Shown here in pieces: positions 48,645 to 60,600 of a DNA stretch of 64,000 bases. Position 1 is the stretch's first letter. Every line of letters starts with the position of its first letter. Made by a program: the position numbers and the translations under genes. The DNA is from Fimbriosthenelais zetlandica. Taxonomy: Eukaryota. The notes beneath the pieces were generated by a model. It saw only the letters and a list, made by a program, of their open reading frames with translations. It was not told the origin of the DNA and searched no databases. The stretch is from contig OZ365118.1 in assembly GCA_977030845.1 (NCBI GenBank), positions 20,770,001 to 20,834,000 of the forward strand, in the 5' to 3' direction.

Positions 48645-51600
48645 GTACATGATTCTTACAAGATTTTATAAAATTTCAAAGACTTTACTATCAATTCTTT
48701 ATGGAAAAATCAGTTTTATCTTTGAATCATGCCTTAATAAGTAATATTAAGTAGGTGACATTTCCTTGGGCGTCAACTTAATGGTCAAATCTTCTAACAC
48801 CATTTAAACTAACCCATGTTCTCACCATTGTGTCGTCGGATGGTCGGTTTAATGAGTAACGAAGTTCTACTGTACATATAATTAATACTATAATGTCTTA
48901 TAATCTCAGGTGATAGAGAAGCACCTCATCCTACTCCTCCACCAGCTGTGTGTCTGTGTGACTCAGAACACTCAGTTACTAGAGCTGCTCTTTAACGCCA
49001 GCTCTGACCAGGGTCCAGCTAAGTTCCTCATGTTCTCCCTCCTCATACCGTACGTGCACAGAGAGGGCAGTATAGGCCAGCAGGCACGTGATGCCCTACT
49101 ACTCATCATGGCCCTCTCAGCCCGACACGAGAGCATCGGCCGATACATCGCCGATAACTCTGACTTCTGTCCGGTCAGTTCTTGCTCTTTATTTTCCAGT
49201 TATTGTCTAGAATTTGTCTCAAGTATGCCAAAGTATTATGTGAAGTTGCTTTGGACTTTTCCTCCAAGTGGGATTAAGCAAGGTTTACATGGGGCCCGTT
49301 TAAAATACTTTACCAAAACAGGAATACTTTATCAAAAGATATTTGACAAAAACCAACCTAGAGGCTTTGGTTTCGAAAATATATCTGAACTTTATCTTTC
49401 TGTATAAGCTCTCTGACCAAAAATCTTGTACCATTTGATGTTTTTAGGTAGGAAATCGCTTCAAAACATGCTTTAAATTAAATATAATGTGTGTGATTGT
49501 AGGTGTTGGCCACGGGGCTGAGTGGACTCTACTCGTCCCTGCCTCGTAAGCTGAATATCCCGGCTGATGACTGGCACTGCTTGACCGAGGAAGATGTCCA
49601 GTGTATGCCTGACCTCATCATGTTCCTCAACTCACTAGAGTTCTGTAACGCTGTCGTCCAGGTGCGTTAACTACCTTAATTAGTGATCAGTTCATCTCTG
49701 ATTATAGTGAACATTTCTAGACAGTGCCAAGTTTTTCCTAAGTGTTTTATACTATTGAGTTTTCTGTCCATATTTTGCAAAGTTCAGCTTTTAAAATATG
49801 AGAATGTGAATGTTTAGGTTTGAGATAGTTGAAAATTGATGACTGAACTTTAAAAAACCACTCACTCACTGAATACTTATATTTGAATGTATTTGGTTAC
49901 AGGTAGCTCATGGGTTAGTCCGCGACCAATTATTAACCTTCATCTACAACGGCTTCTTGGTGCCGGTTATAGGGCCAGCTTTACATCAGGTATGTCATAT
50001 ATCTGCTCTTTATCTTGTTACTTTTTGGAAGGCATGTTTTCAATGGCAATCATCCAAACTTAACATTAAAAGTGTTTGTCTTTTGAATTGAATTATTACG
50101 AAAACTGCTATGGCACTTCTAATTCTGTATGGAAACACATTTGGGGATGTTTTAAGTTTGCAGAGCACTCGGAAAACTTGTTTTGATAACAAAATTAAGT
50201 CATGGTCACTTAAATGACTGCACATGCACGGTTTGGGGATAAATCTGCGCCATGGTTTGCATATTTCCTTCAATATGTTATAGTAAATAAAAGATAAATG
50301 TATTTGGGAAAGTTAGAAAGAGGGGAATTTAAAATGTGTTGACAGTGTGAAAAATGTTGTTGGTATGTCTTGTGGAATTTTGCCTATGTATATAGACTGC
50401 TAGCAAACATTAAAAAAGAAAAAAATCCTTAGGATTAAATGCGCCCTAGTTCCAAATAGAATAAACTTTCTGTAGATTTCATAATATATAAACAAATTCT
50501 GCCAAAATTGAAATATTTTAAAATGTTTTCACCTTTGCTGTTTTGAATGATACACAGATGGCCAGATTCAATGTAAGCCTTAGTCATTTTTTAAAGATAG
50601 CTCTGTTGTTGATCATGAAAGTCTATTTAGTATTAGATCTAGGCATGCACAGCGGCCTCTTACTATCTTTCTTTTTTCCTAGTCAGTAAACCAGAACAGA
50701 TTTATTTTTATGGATCAAAATGTTCTGAAAGAAACGTTTATCTTTTAGCATTTTTTCTTTCTTTTTCCCATGGCATCCTAAAGTAATATCCTGTGTTTGG
50801 ATCTGGTTTAGAAATTTTTCATAGATTTTTTTTCTTAGTTTTCTATAGGTTTTCTAACTCAGAAAGCCAAAACTTTTGAGCAAGATGTTTTGATTTCTTT
50901 TAATGGTAGGAAAATGCCCTAAAACGATCAAATATAAACGACTGGAATTAACATTTATAAAATAGACACCTGATAGCTTTTCTATTTCTGCCTGTGCACT
51001 TAGATTATCATTGGAGCAGTCAGATCTATTCCTCGCAGTAGTTGGATGCTTCTAGTGCTTCTAGCCTAGTGAAAGCACAGAGCAGAATTATCACACTCTC
51101 TGATACTGATCTCAAAATCTGAAACCCTATCAGACGAAGTTTGCTTCACTTTGACTTGAAAGTTCCACAAGTTTTGCCTGAAGTTTCCTCTCAAGTATGA
51201 CATGATGTCTTTGCATTTTAGTGAAAACATTTATTTTGTAGCCTCTATATTTATTTCTGTTGTTTCATCTCAATCTAAATGTCCTGCATGTGTATTTTCC
51301 ATTCACAATTTAAAGAATCGTGACTATATCTTAAGGAGAAATACCCTGGTATGTATTTTGCTCAAGGTAGCCCTGAACATTTTGTTCCAATGTTATGGTT
51401 TTTTGCACCTTTGCCAGTTTCGCAAGAGCAATTTTCTTACAGCGGGTTCCACTGTTGATGCAGAAAAATACCAATATTTATTGAGGTTTTTAAGGGTTTA
51501 AAATTAACACAGATATTTTTGGTGAGAAATCAAAAGGGGATAGAGAAATTCCACATTTCACTTTTTGATTTATTTGCCCATTCAATGATGATTTTTGAGT

Positions 51601-54600
51601 TTATCTCACTTTGCACCTTTATGTAGGAAACCATTGCTTCTGATAAACTGCAGAAGTTGATCTTTAAAGGGTTAAAAGTAACAGAAATGTACTGGAAATT
51701 CCCAGAAATGTACAAGAAAGGTACCAGAAAGGTACTTGACAAGTTTCAGAAACAGTGCTTGCAGTGAGAGGCGATGAATTAGGTGCTCACACAAAAATAA
51801 TGGCCGCTTGCCTATAGCTCTCATTAAATTTAGTGATCTCTTGACTGAGCACCTGGGGTTTTTTCACTGCAAGCACTGAGGAAAGTAAAAGAAAAGTGCC
51901 TGTTGATCCCCAGCATTTTGGTCGGGTTGTTTTCAGAATGAGATTATACTAAAGGAACCCAAGATCACTGCTCCACGACGGGAACGTAAAGCAGGCCGGA
52001 GTAGAGTGTTAAACGGCCGGGGTTCAGGTGATGAGGAAAGTGATGATGATGAGGAGGAGGACAGTGATGAATCACTGGAATCACTGGATAGTGATGATGA
52101 TTGGGTTGATGATTGGTCGGTATGTTAAACCAACCCTGTGATTAATAATAATACTAAGCTCGGTCTCTCTCTCACCTCCTCCTTGGCTGTTACCTCAGTG
52201 ACAACTTAAGGGCAAAGTCCACTGTCACGATTTTTGAGCCGATTTTGTGGTCTGAAGAGAATCTGTACCGATTGTATTGATATAGTCGGTACTAGACCTG
52301 GACCTGGTTCAAAGGGAACATTAGCAATGTCTATGACTAATGTTCATTCTGAAACGGGTTTCCGATGTTCGGAAGAAAATCGCCTGTCAAAAATCGGGAA
52401 AGTGGACAGCGCCTTTTAGACTTAATCTGGCCTTTCCAGCAGGGCATGGCATCTCCACATGTTATTTTTGAAACATAAAAATTCATGGCTTCAACGCGCA
52501 ATCTTGACTTGGGCTGGCTTGACTGGCGTGTTTTCCCAGGGAGGGAGGTGGCATGGGCAATGACCAAGTGATTTAGTCTTCCAAACAGTGAACTGTCAAA
52601 TATGACTTGAAATTTTGACGTCATACTGGGTGGTTGGTGGCTGAATATATGGTACTTTGGTTTCAAAAGTCAAGATTTGAGGCTTTTTCAAAATAGTTTG
52701 ACAACATAAATAGACTGATTACAGTGATTTCCAAGGATGTTCGGAATTTTGTTTCAGCAGAAACTTTACGTCGTAAAGAGACATTTTTAAATCCTGGTCA
52801 CTTTCTTTTGCAACTTTATGGAAAAATCACTATAATTTGTCTATTAATGATGTAGATTTCATCCTATGCCTCCTGAGTGGTTCCTATTCTGATGAGAGCA
52901 TGTCATCCTGCAGAAATGTGCATGGGGGAAAACATATAATATATGCATGAACTCAATGTCATTGCATGGCAATCCATCTTCGAATTTGCAGGAAAGTAAT
53001 CATTGATTTTTATTCCAGACGTGCATAAAGTTTGGAAAAGTAAAATGAACTGTTTGAAATGTTGAATGTTTTGTGACAAAGTCAAGTTATTGCTCTGTCT
53101 CTTCATCAAATACGAGGGAAATATATTTCACTAGCTTCGTTTAGGTTTATCCTAGGCTCGGTTTGAAATATATGGAAGTTTGTGTTGAGTTTACAAAGTA
53201 GCCCTTTGAGAATGTAGAAAGGAACCAATGTGGAATGCTCCTAGCCCTACTGGAAAGGTCCAGAAGTTACAAAAAAAATGTAGAAAATCTTCAAGAGAAA
53301 CTATGTTAGTTGAGAGGGCCAGGGATGAAATAGGCTGAAGTACAGCTGGGATTAATCATAACTTGTATAAATAATCATAACTTAGTTAATAACTTAGCAT
53401 ATTAAATCATAACTAAGCAGCCACTTACCTTTAATTTCTTCACCCTACATAAAGTAATAAACACTTTATTCAGTTGAATATAGCGACTAATTTGGTGTAG
53501 GTCTATTAAAAAAATAAACAAACCACTACTGCTTTGAAACCCATCATTTTGTTTTTCAAAATCACACTATATTATTGACAGTAATTCTCTTTTTATTATA
53601 TCAACTTTGTAAATTAACTATACGATGACAATTGTATTGTAATTCTCATAGACATTCTCAATTTATGGACAGCAATTTTGTTGAACTGTTTCTTCAAAAC
53701 CCTCTTTTCTTTCTCTATCCTGTTTTAGGAACCTAACAAATTTTTCATGGTGTGTATTTTACTTCATTTTTTAAGTTCTTCACCTTTTTATCAGACCTCC
53801 TACACCAGGCTAGATCCCAAAACTTTTGTGATCCCTCTAAGAGAAGTGTACTATTAAGGAGATAAAACTTAATTGAACAGCTAAACTCGAGCAATCATAT
53901 TGAAAGAAAGAGAGAAAGAAATATGAAGTGAAGACCCTACTAAGTGTTATGGATCTACGATCTGGATGCACATTTTACATGACTCCTTTAGTTTCAGTTA
54001 AATTTACTTTGAAACGTTTTGTTTTGCACACAAGAAAGTTTGAATGAGATCAGTAAGTGTGAGGCTCACCCAGTATACTATAGGTTTATGTGTGTTTTGG
54101 AGAGTGCTGAAGTTAAAACTCATCCCAAACCAAAGACTGAAAAACTACTGAAGAAATAAAAAATGTTTGAGTAAGAATCATGTCAGGAACCACAAAACCT
54201 GGACGAGGTATCCAAAAAGTCTTGTGCGTACATGATCGAAATGTTGTGAATATTTTAGGATGTTTGATAGTTTGTGTTCTGTGCGAAACTTTTAACATAT
54301 GACCAATATTCGCCGGGGCGACATTATTGTGTATGCTCTATCGCGTCTCTCATCTTCTCGTATTTTTTCCCTCTTTATTTTCTGATCGGCCGCTGGCATT
54401 TTCTAGGACATCCTCAAGCTGCCTATCTCACTAGTCGAGTCCTACTTTGGGGTTAGTATGCTCGGCCGCCACTGGGGGCACTGCATGTCTGTTGTGTGGT
54501 GACGCCGCCACAGAGCGATGGCCGAAAGTGGAACTATCATGTTCAATGTTTGACATGCTCAAATTTGGAATGAATATGTTCTCTGTCATGATTTGTGGGT

Positions 54601-57600
54601 CTTCGTTTTGGTGTAGGCAAATTAGCTAATAGTGAAACGTAATCGTTATGCATTACATGAGGTTGTTGTCATAAAATGTTTCTTTTTTCCATGTTTCATA
54701 CGTTCATCTATGTTTTCAGTAGTACATTTTTTAGCTGAAATTGAGAGATACTTCCTTATTTTCCAACTAGTTGTTAACCAAATGAATACTCACATTTCAT
54801 GAAAAGTGGAGCAATGTTATTCCCTTGAACACAAATGCTTTGGTCACCTATTTCTCATTTGGTCTCCATGTTAGTTCCACTCAGGGACGGTCCTTGACAT
54901 CTATGTATCATATATTTGTAGCTTACAAACTTTCAGGTTATCTAGCATTCAGTGTGACTCCCCTCCCCCTTGAACACTTACTCAATTTGCATTTTAGTTG
55001 TTTCAGATTTTTTAAAGCCATCTATGGTACTTTCTCTTGAAAGATGGGCACTTTTTTCGTTCATGAGTTGTATATTGAGTAACCAACCTGTCAAACTTAT
55101 GCTTTATCACCAACCAGTTACTAACTCACAAACCTGTTAAATGCCCCCAAAAATCCTGTCAAATTTCCATTAATCAGCACTAGGGTATTCCAGGGGCAAA
55201 CTGTACTAATGCTTATTACACTTCTAACATGCAGGAGAATAATGGAAATAACTAGAGTATATTTCCTAATATTTTCTCAATAGTTTTTCACATTGCTATC
55301 AGTTAAAGAAACTTTTCTGCCAGAAAAAGTAAGCTGAATTCTACAGCGTTTGTTGAAGTAAAGATATTTCATCTATTCTACGTAAAATGTCTTGTGCTAT
55401 ACTGTTAAATCTCTGAATGCTTAATATAATTTATGATCCTTTGTATTGATCAACATTTATAGATTTTGACATTCATGTTTTGATATTGCATTGCATCTAC
55501 ATTCACTCTTTTATATGTATGCGAAGTTTTTGAAGATAATTACTTTTAAAAATGTTGTCATAATATTGAGGTAGCCTAACAATATTCCTTTTAAAAATTC
55601 TTTGATTTTTCTTCTAGTAGAACATAGAGTTTTGCCCATTTCTTCTTTGCTCTGAAGGATTCCTTTTATCCTCTTCATATACTTTAACAAGATGTGTTCT
55701 GGGCTACATATATGTACATGATTTATTCCTCTTTTATAGACTATTATAATGGTGGATTATCTTGTAGAACTCCATGGAGGAGGTGATCGCAGCCACGGCC
55801 TACCTGGATCTGTTTGTTCGGCGGATCACAGAGCCAGCCTTGATGAGCACGTTCCTTAAATTCATCCTGACAGAAAAACACGACGATATCAACATCCTCG
55901 ACTCCCTCATCACCAGGATCTCCAGCAACTCACGGGTCAGTTCTCACTTTATTATTCCCTGAAATTTCCAACCATTACTCAGTCATTCATTTCTATTGGA
56001 AAAGCTGAAGTAAATCCTGTAAATCATCAGTCTTCTCCATCTCAACTATGCGTCTAAACCAGTTTTTCTCGTAGGTTTAATTTCTTTTTGATTAACATTG
56101 ATTGTGGTTTCTTTTAGTTGTGTATGGTCTCCCTCTCTCTATTCTACACACTGGTGGATCTCAACTGTGAAGATGTCATGTTTCAACTAGTCTTCAAGTA
56201 AGTTCTTTATCCATATCAACATTAAGATCTTGTTTCCTACACGTTCTGTTTTAATAGCAAATTGTTATCTTGTGAAAATCAGCTCTCTGGACGTAAAGCA
56301 ATTTCTCGCTCACTGACTATTTCAGGTACCTTATCCCGTGCACGCATGTGATGGTCAGTCAGCGCCGGTCAGTGAAGGACCTTGACCTTTACAGTAAGAC
56401 GGCTGAGAAGTTCCTGTCCCTGACCCCGGCCTGCTGTATGACTGACCCCTCGGACACTCCACCTGAAGGTGGCGCTACTCCCGTGGTCATGGCTGACTCG
56501 GCCAGCTCAGGCAGCTCCAGGTGAGTGGGTGAGGCGGGTAGTGGTCAACTGACCACTGAGTACCGCTCAACTTACTGACCACTACAATCGATACATGTAG
56601 GGCTTTATTTGGGAATTCGTTCATTATATTATATAATTGACCATTTGTTCAAGATTCTCAATTTTTCTTTCTGTTTTGTGCTGGTAAATTAATCTATCAA
56701 TTTAATTGATATGTTGTGTGTCTGTTATTACAATATAAAACCTAATGGACAAATGTTCGTTTCCATTTTTAGTTTTAAATAGAAAAAGTAATGGCCCTTG
56801 AAATATTGCCCTAAATTTGAGTGCTAGGTTTAGGAATATTGAGACGTTAATAATTGACTTAAGAAATCCCCGAATAATCAGTGGTGTATGTGTAGGTGAC
56901 ATTAATATATTAAGTGAAGATTTAATTAGTTTTATGTTAATTATCTATTAAAGCCTTAACTCGTAACAAATATCTGGCCTTTAGTGCATGCACTGCCATA
57001 TGGTTGGTTTGTCACACATTCCTTGGTGTTCCCATCAGTCGGTATATCCATAACCACCAAAATATCACACAGTATTTCTAAAGAATTTGAAGGTAAAATA
57101 ATGAACATTTTGGAAAGTAGCTGACTTTAGATGGAATTAACCAAGGAATGTGGTGATCTAGCTTTGTCTCTACTGGATGATTGTAACCATTGACTGTATA
57201 TTCCCTGTGTTTGGTCACTTCTCATGTATGGACAAAAGGCTCAGGCACAGTCAGCGCCGCTTGCTCTGTTGGTTTTGGTAAGCTGTTTATGGAGGTGCTC
57301 CATAGATCATCTCAAATAAGAGGCATGTCAGTCAAATGAGGTCCAAACACTCAGTCTAATCTCCATGTATATGAGCCATTTCATAATTGATAGGATATGA
57401 AATGGGCCCTGTATTATGAAATGGTCTCCAGCCTGATTGCAGGCATTTCGGAAATTTCAGAAAATTTCCTATTTAATTCATGAACAAATTATTGTAATCT
57501 CTCAAATTTGCCCTTTGAAAAATTGGCATGAAGAAAGGGATCCCCTTCTGCCTTTGAAGACTGGTCAGAAGCCATTGAATTGACGTTTCTATTCAATCAA

Positions 57601-60600
57601 TTCTCTCAGTCCAAATACATGTACTGGTACTATGGCCTAACAGAAATTATCTGGTGAAATTAATAGAGCTTCCCTTGGTTACTTGTCAAAACTCTAATTG
57701 ATATTTAAAGATACCCTCAGTCGCTAACATGCCTGCTTATATCAGCCCTTGTGATCTGGGGAGATTATATATAAATTAAAACTTGAAAAAATCTGAAAAG
57801 AAATAGACAAAAAACTCATACTTTTCTATTATAAACACTTTTGGCCTTTATGTAAAGTTATCTAATAAAATATGCAGATCACAGGGCTATTCACCAATTT
57901 AAAGCAATGCATCCGCTTGATCTTTGTTCAACACATTTTTCAATTCAAACCATTTATGATGGATTTATTCTAGTACATTCCCCCTCACTATAGATCCCCT
58001 TTACGACCAGTTCAATCATTGATGATAGGTTTCTATTCATGCCTGTGCCTGGAGTTTCTTGCCTGCACATGTGTCCCCCTCTCATTTCATTGTGCATTGT
58101 GTGACCATACAAGGGCGGGGTGTCATACAATGTACACATGTAATGTCATATTTTTACCCGTCTCTTCTTCCCAGCCCTCTTCCCTTATGAGGAACAATAC
58201 CTGCTTTTAAATTTGTAAAAGAAATTCCCCTGCACTTCAATTCTTCCTGAAAAGAAATTGACAATTTGATATTGATTGGGAAGTTTGCTGGGAAGAAGAT
58301 ACGGACTGTAAAATCTTTGAAAGGAGCCCTGCCTTCTATTTGAGGTTTTACAACCTACAGTGGATTCTCATTACGCGACCACCCCTGGGAATTAACTCAT
58401 TGTGTTCATATTGTGGGATAGTCAGTTTATCGAGTATGTTTTAATTGGGTCTGACCATTGATTGGTCGTTAATTTTGACCGTTTATTGATCGGATTGTCT
58501 TGTAGTGATATGGTCGCTTTAGTGAAGTGGTCGCTATGTGGGAGTTCACTGTAGTTGTTTTTGTCTTTAGTCTATACTGGCTATGGTGTTAAGTGTCGTT
58601 ATCTTGCAGTCATGGCAACCATTCTCCCCTTCCTGGTTCTCTCGATAAACGCAAATCTAAGACTCGCATGAGCTTCAAAGGCTTCCGAAAGCCTGCCACT
58701 CCTCAGGCCAGAAGGTAAAACAAAAATAAAAATACGTTTAAAAAGAAGTAAAATTAAATGTAAAACACACAGATGAACACTTAGGGATGAGACAAAAGGA
58801 AGATGGAAAACCCCAAACATGACACCATGGTGTGGTTTATGAAAATTTAATTTTTGTCATTTTCTACACATCTTAATACATGCACAGTTTTGTCTTCACT
58901 TTTTAACCAATGTGATTATTTAAGTAGGTTAATGTATTTCTATTAACACCGGTGCATTTTAGACAATCAAAAGCATCTTAAGTATTTGTTAAACATGCAT
59001 TACAGACAATGTACTGCATGGATTACCACGCTGTAGGCCCCATGAACATTCATTCACATTGTTTCACTTCATTGTATAGAATGTTAGTGGCTGAGAGTGC
59101 ATGACGCATGATTCTTGTTGCATGTATCTAGCCCCAAATTATCCTCCATTTTCAGTGAAAAAAATTGGACCCTTCCACCTTGATACAGTTCATAATCCCT
59201 ACTCCCCCTTCCACTTTGAATCCATTCAGGTCTTATATATGTTGAGATCATTCTTAGCTCTAATTATTTTTAATAAATCATTTTAATCAAGCTATGATAA
59301 TATTAACAGGAGCTCGTCGCCCGACACCACGGCCACGGGAACCTTACCCCCGGGTGCACTAGGAGCCAAGTTGGAACATTACGAGACGAGTTACATGGAG
59401 TACCTGGAGGCTTCACATGAGAAGATCTACCAGTGTGCTAGGTCGTGTCTGTGTTGGTCCGCCCCCTATGATGGTGAGATACCCGCGCCTGACGCTCTAC
59501 TATTCCAGGATGATAATACTCCCACAGATGACACGCTAGCTGGTATGGATACAGAACCCAGCAGCACAGCCGTCACCCCATCCGCTACCAAAACCATAGA
59601 ATCAGTCTTTGTTGAAGCTCAAAAACAGGTGAGCGCTGATCTGGGTAAGGTGGCTGCTGATGTGCCAGCGCCAGTGGTGACAGAGGACTCTGATGTTAAA
59701 GTGAAACCTAGTGGGAAAACCATGACAGAATCTGCTGTCAATGTGACAGGATCTGAGGCTAGCACGACAGTTGACAGTGGGTGTGTTGTACATGACAGCA
59801 GTGCTAAGAGCACGGATGACAGCCATGTTGTGGATGACTCTAGGTTATTACCGTCACAGAGGGAGAGCTGTGCTGACAGTGTGACATCTGAGGCTGACAG
59901 TGCTCTGTCAGGTAGTTCATCCACCACTGATCAGACACAGAGCGCTGCTGACAACCCGTGTAGCCGCAGTGACTCACCTCTCAACGACAACTTTAACAAT
60001 AGTGACTTTAACGCTTTCCTCTTGTCACTAAAGCGAGTTAAGACTCCCGTGGAGTTCTGTGATAGCATTGAGGAGAGCATGCAGGAGATAGACAGCCTCA
60101 TCAAGGACCTGAAAAACGCCAGCCCCAGACTCGGCTCCAAGAGCTCTGTCTCTGAGCCACCCGCTAAATTCACAGACGGTTTAAATCAAAGTGAAAACAT
60201 TAAAAAACCAGATCCAGTGTTACCTGAGACACCCACCCCCATAGAGACAAGCACGCCCAATCCATCCAGACCTGAGACCGTCCCCGAACCCTTTGTTCCT
60301 TTACGGTCTCGGTCATCGACGGAGAAATCGGTGGCCTCCAACGACAGGTTGTCAGATGTGGGGATAGACGAGACGTCGTCACATATAGAAGGTGAAGGGA
60401 AGCGATCACTAGCCAATAAGCCTCCCGGTTATGTCATGTTCCCATCCCTCAAACCAAGCAGTTTTATGAAGTATCACCTTGGTACACCCAACATAGGTAA
60501 ATTACTGCTTATACCTTAAATCATTTAAAATATCAATCCCTTTGATCAAGTCTAAACATGATAATGCATTAAGTTCTTAGATGAAAGTAGATGCTATGAG

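Noticed and set aside
49174-49407. ORF-track extension of FHIP1 exon 2 (and GTG start at 48069, tails after 48644, 60496, 60976, 61373)
   Set aside because: Intron read-through; family homology resumes only after the splice sites given.
52889-52916. CTGATGA...GAAA as a hammerhead ribozyme (also 46007-46018 and 261-319)
   Set aside because: No valid stem II closing pair or stems I/III; the 261-319 structure lacks CUGAUGA.
59602-60416. Several minus-strand ORFs (also 2037-2228, 2984-3283 and plus-strand 31813-32265)
   Set aside because: Antisense shadows of real coding exons.
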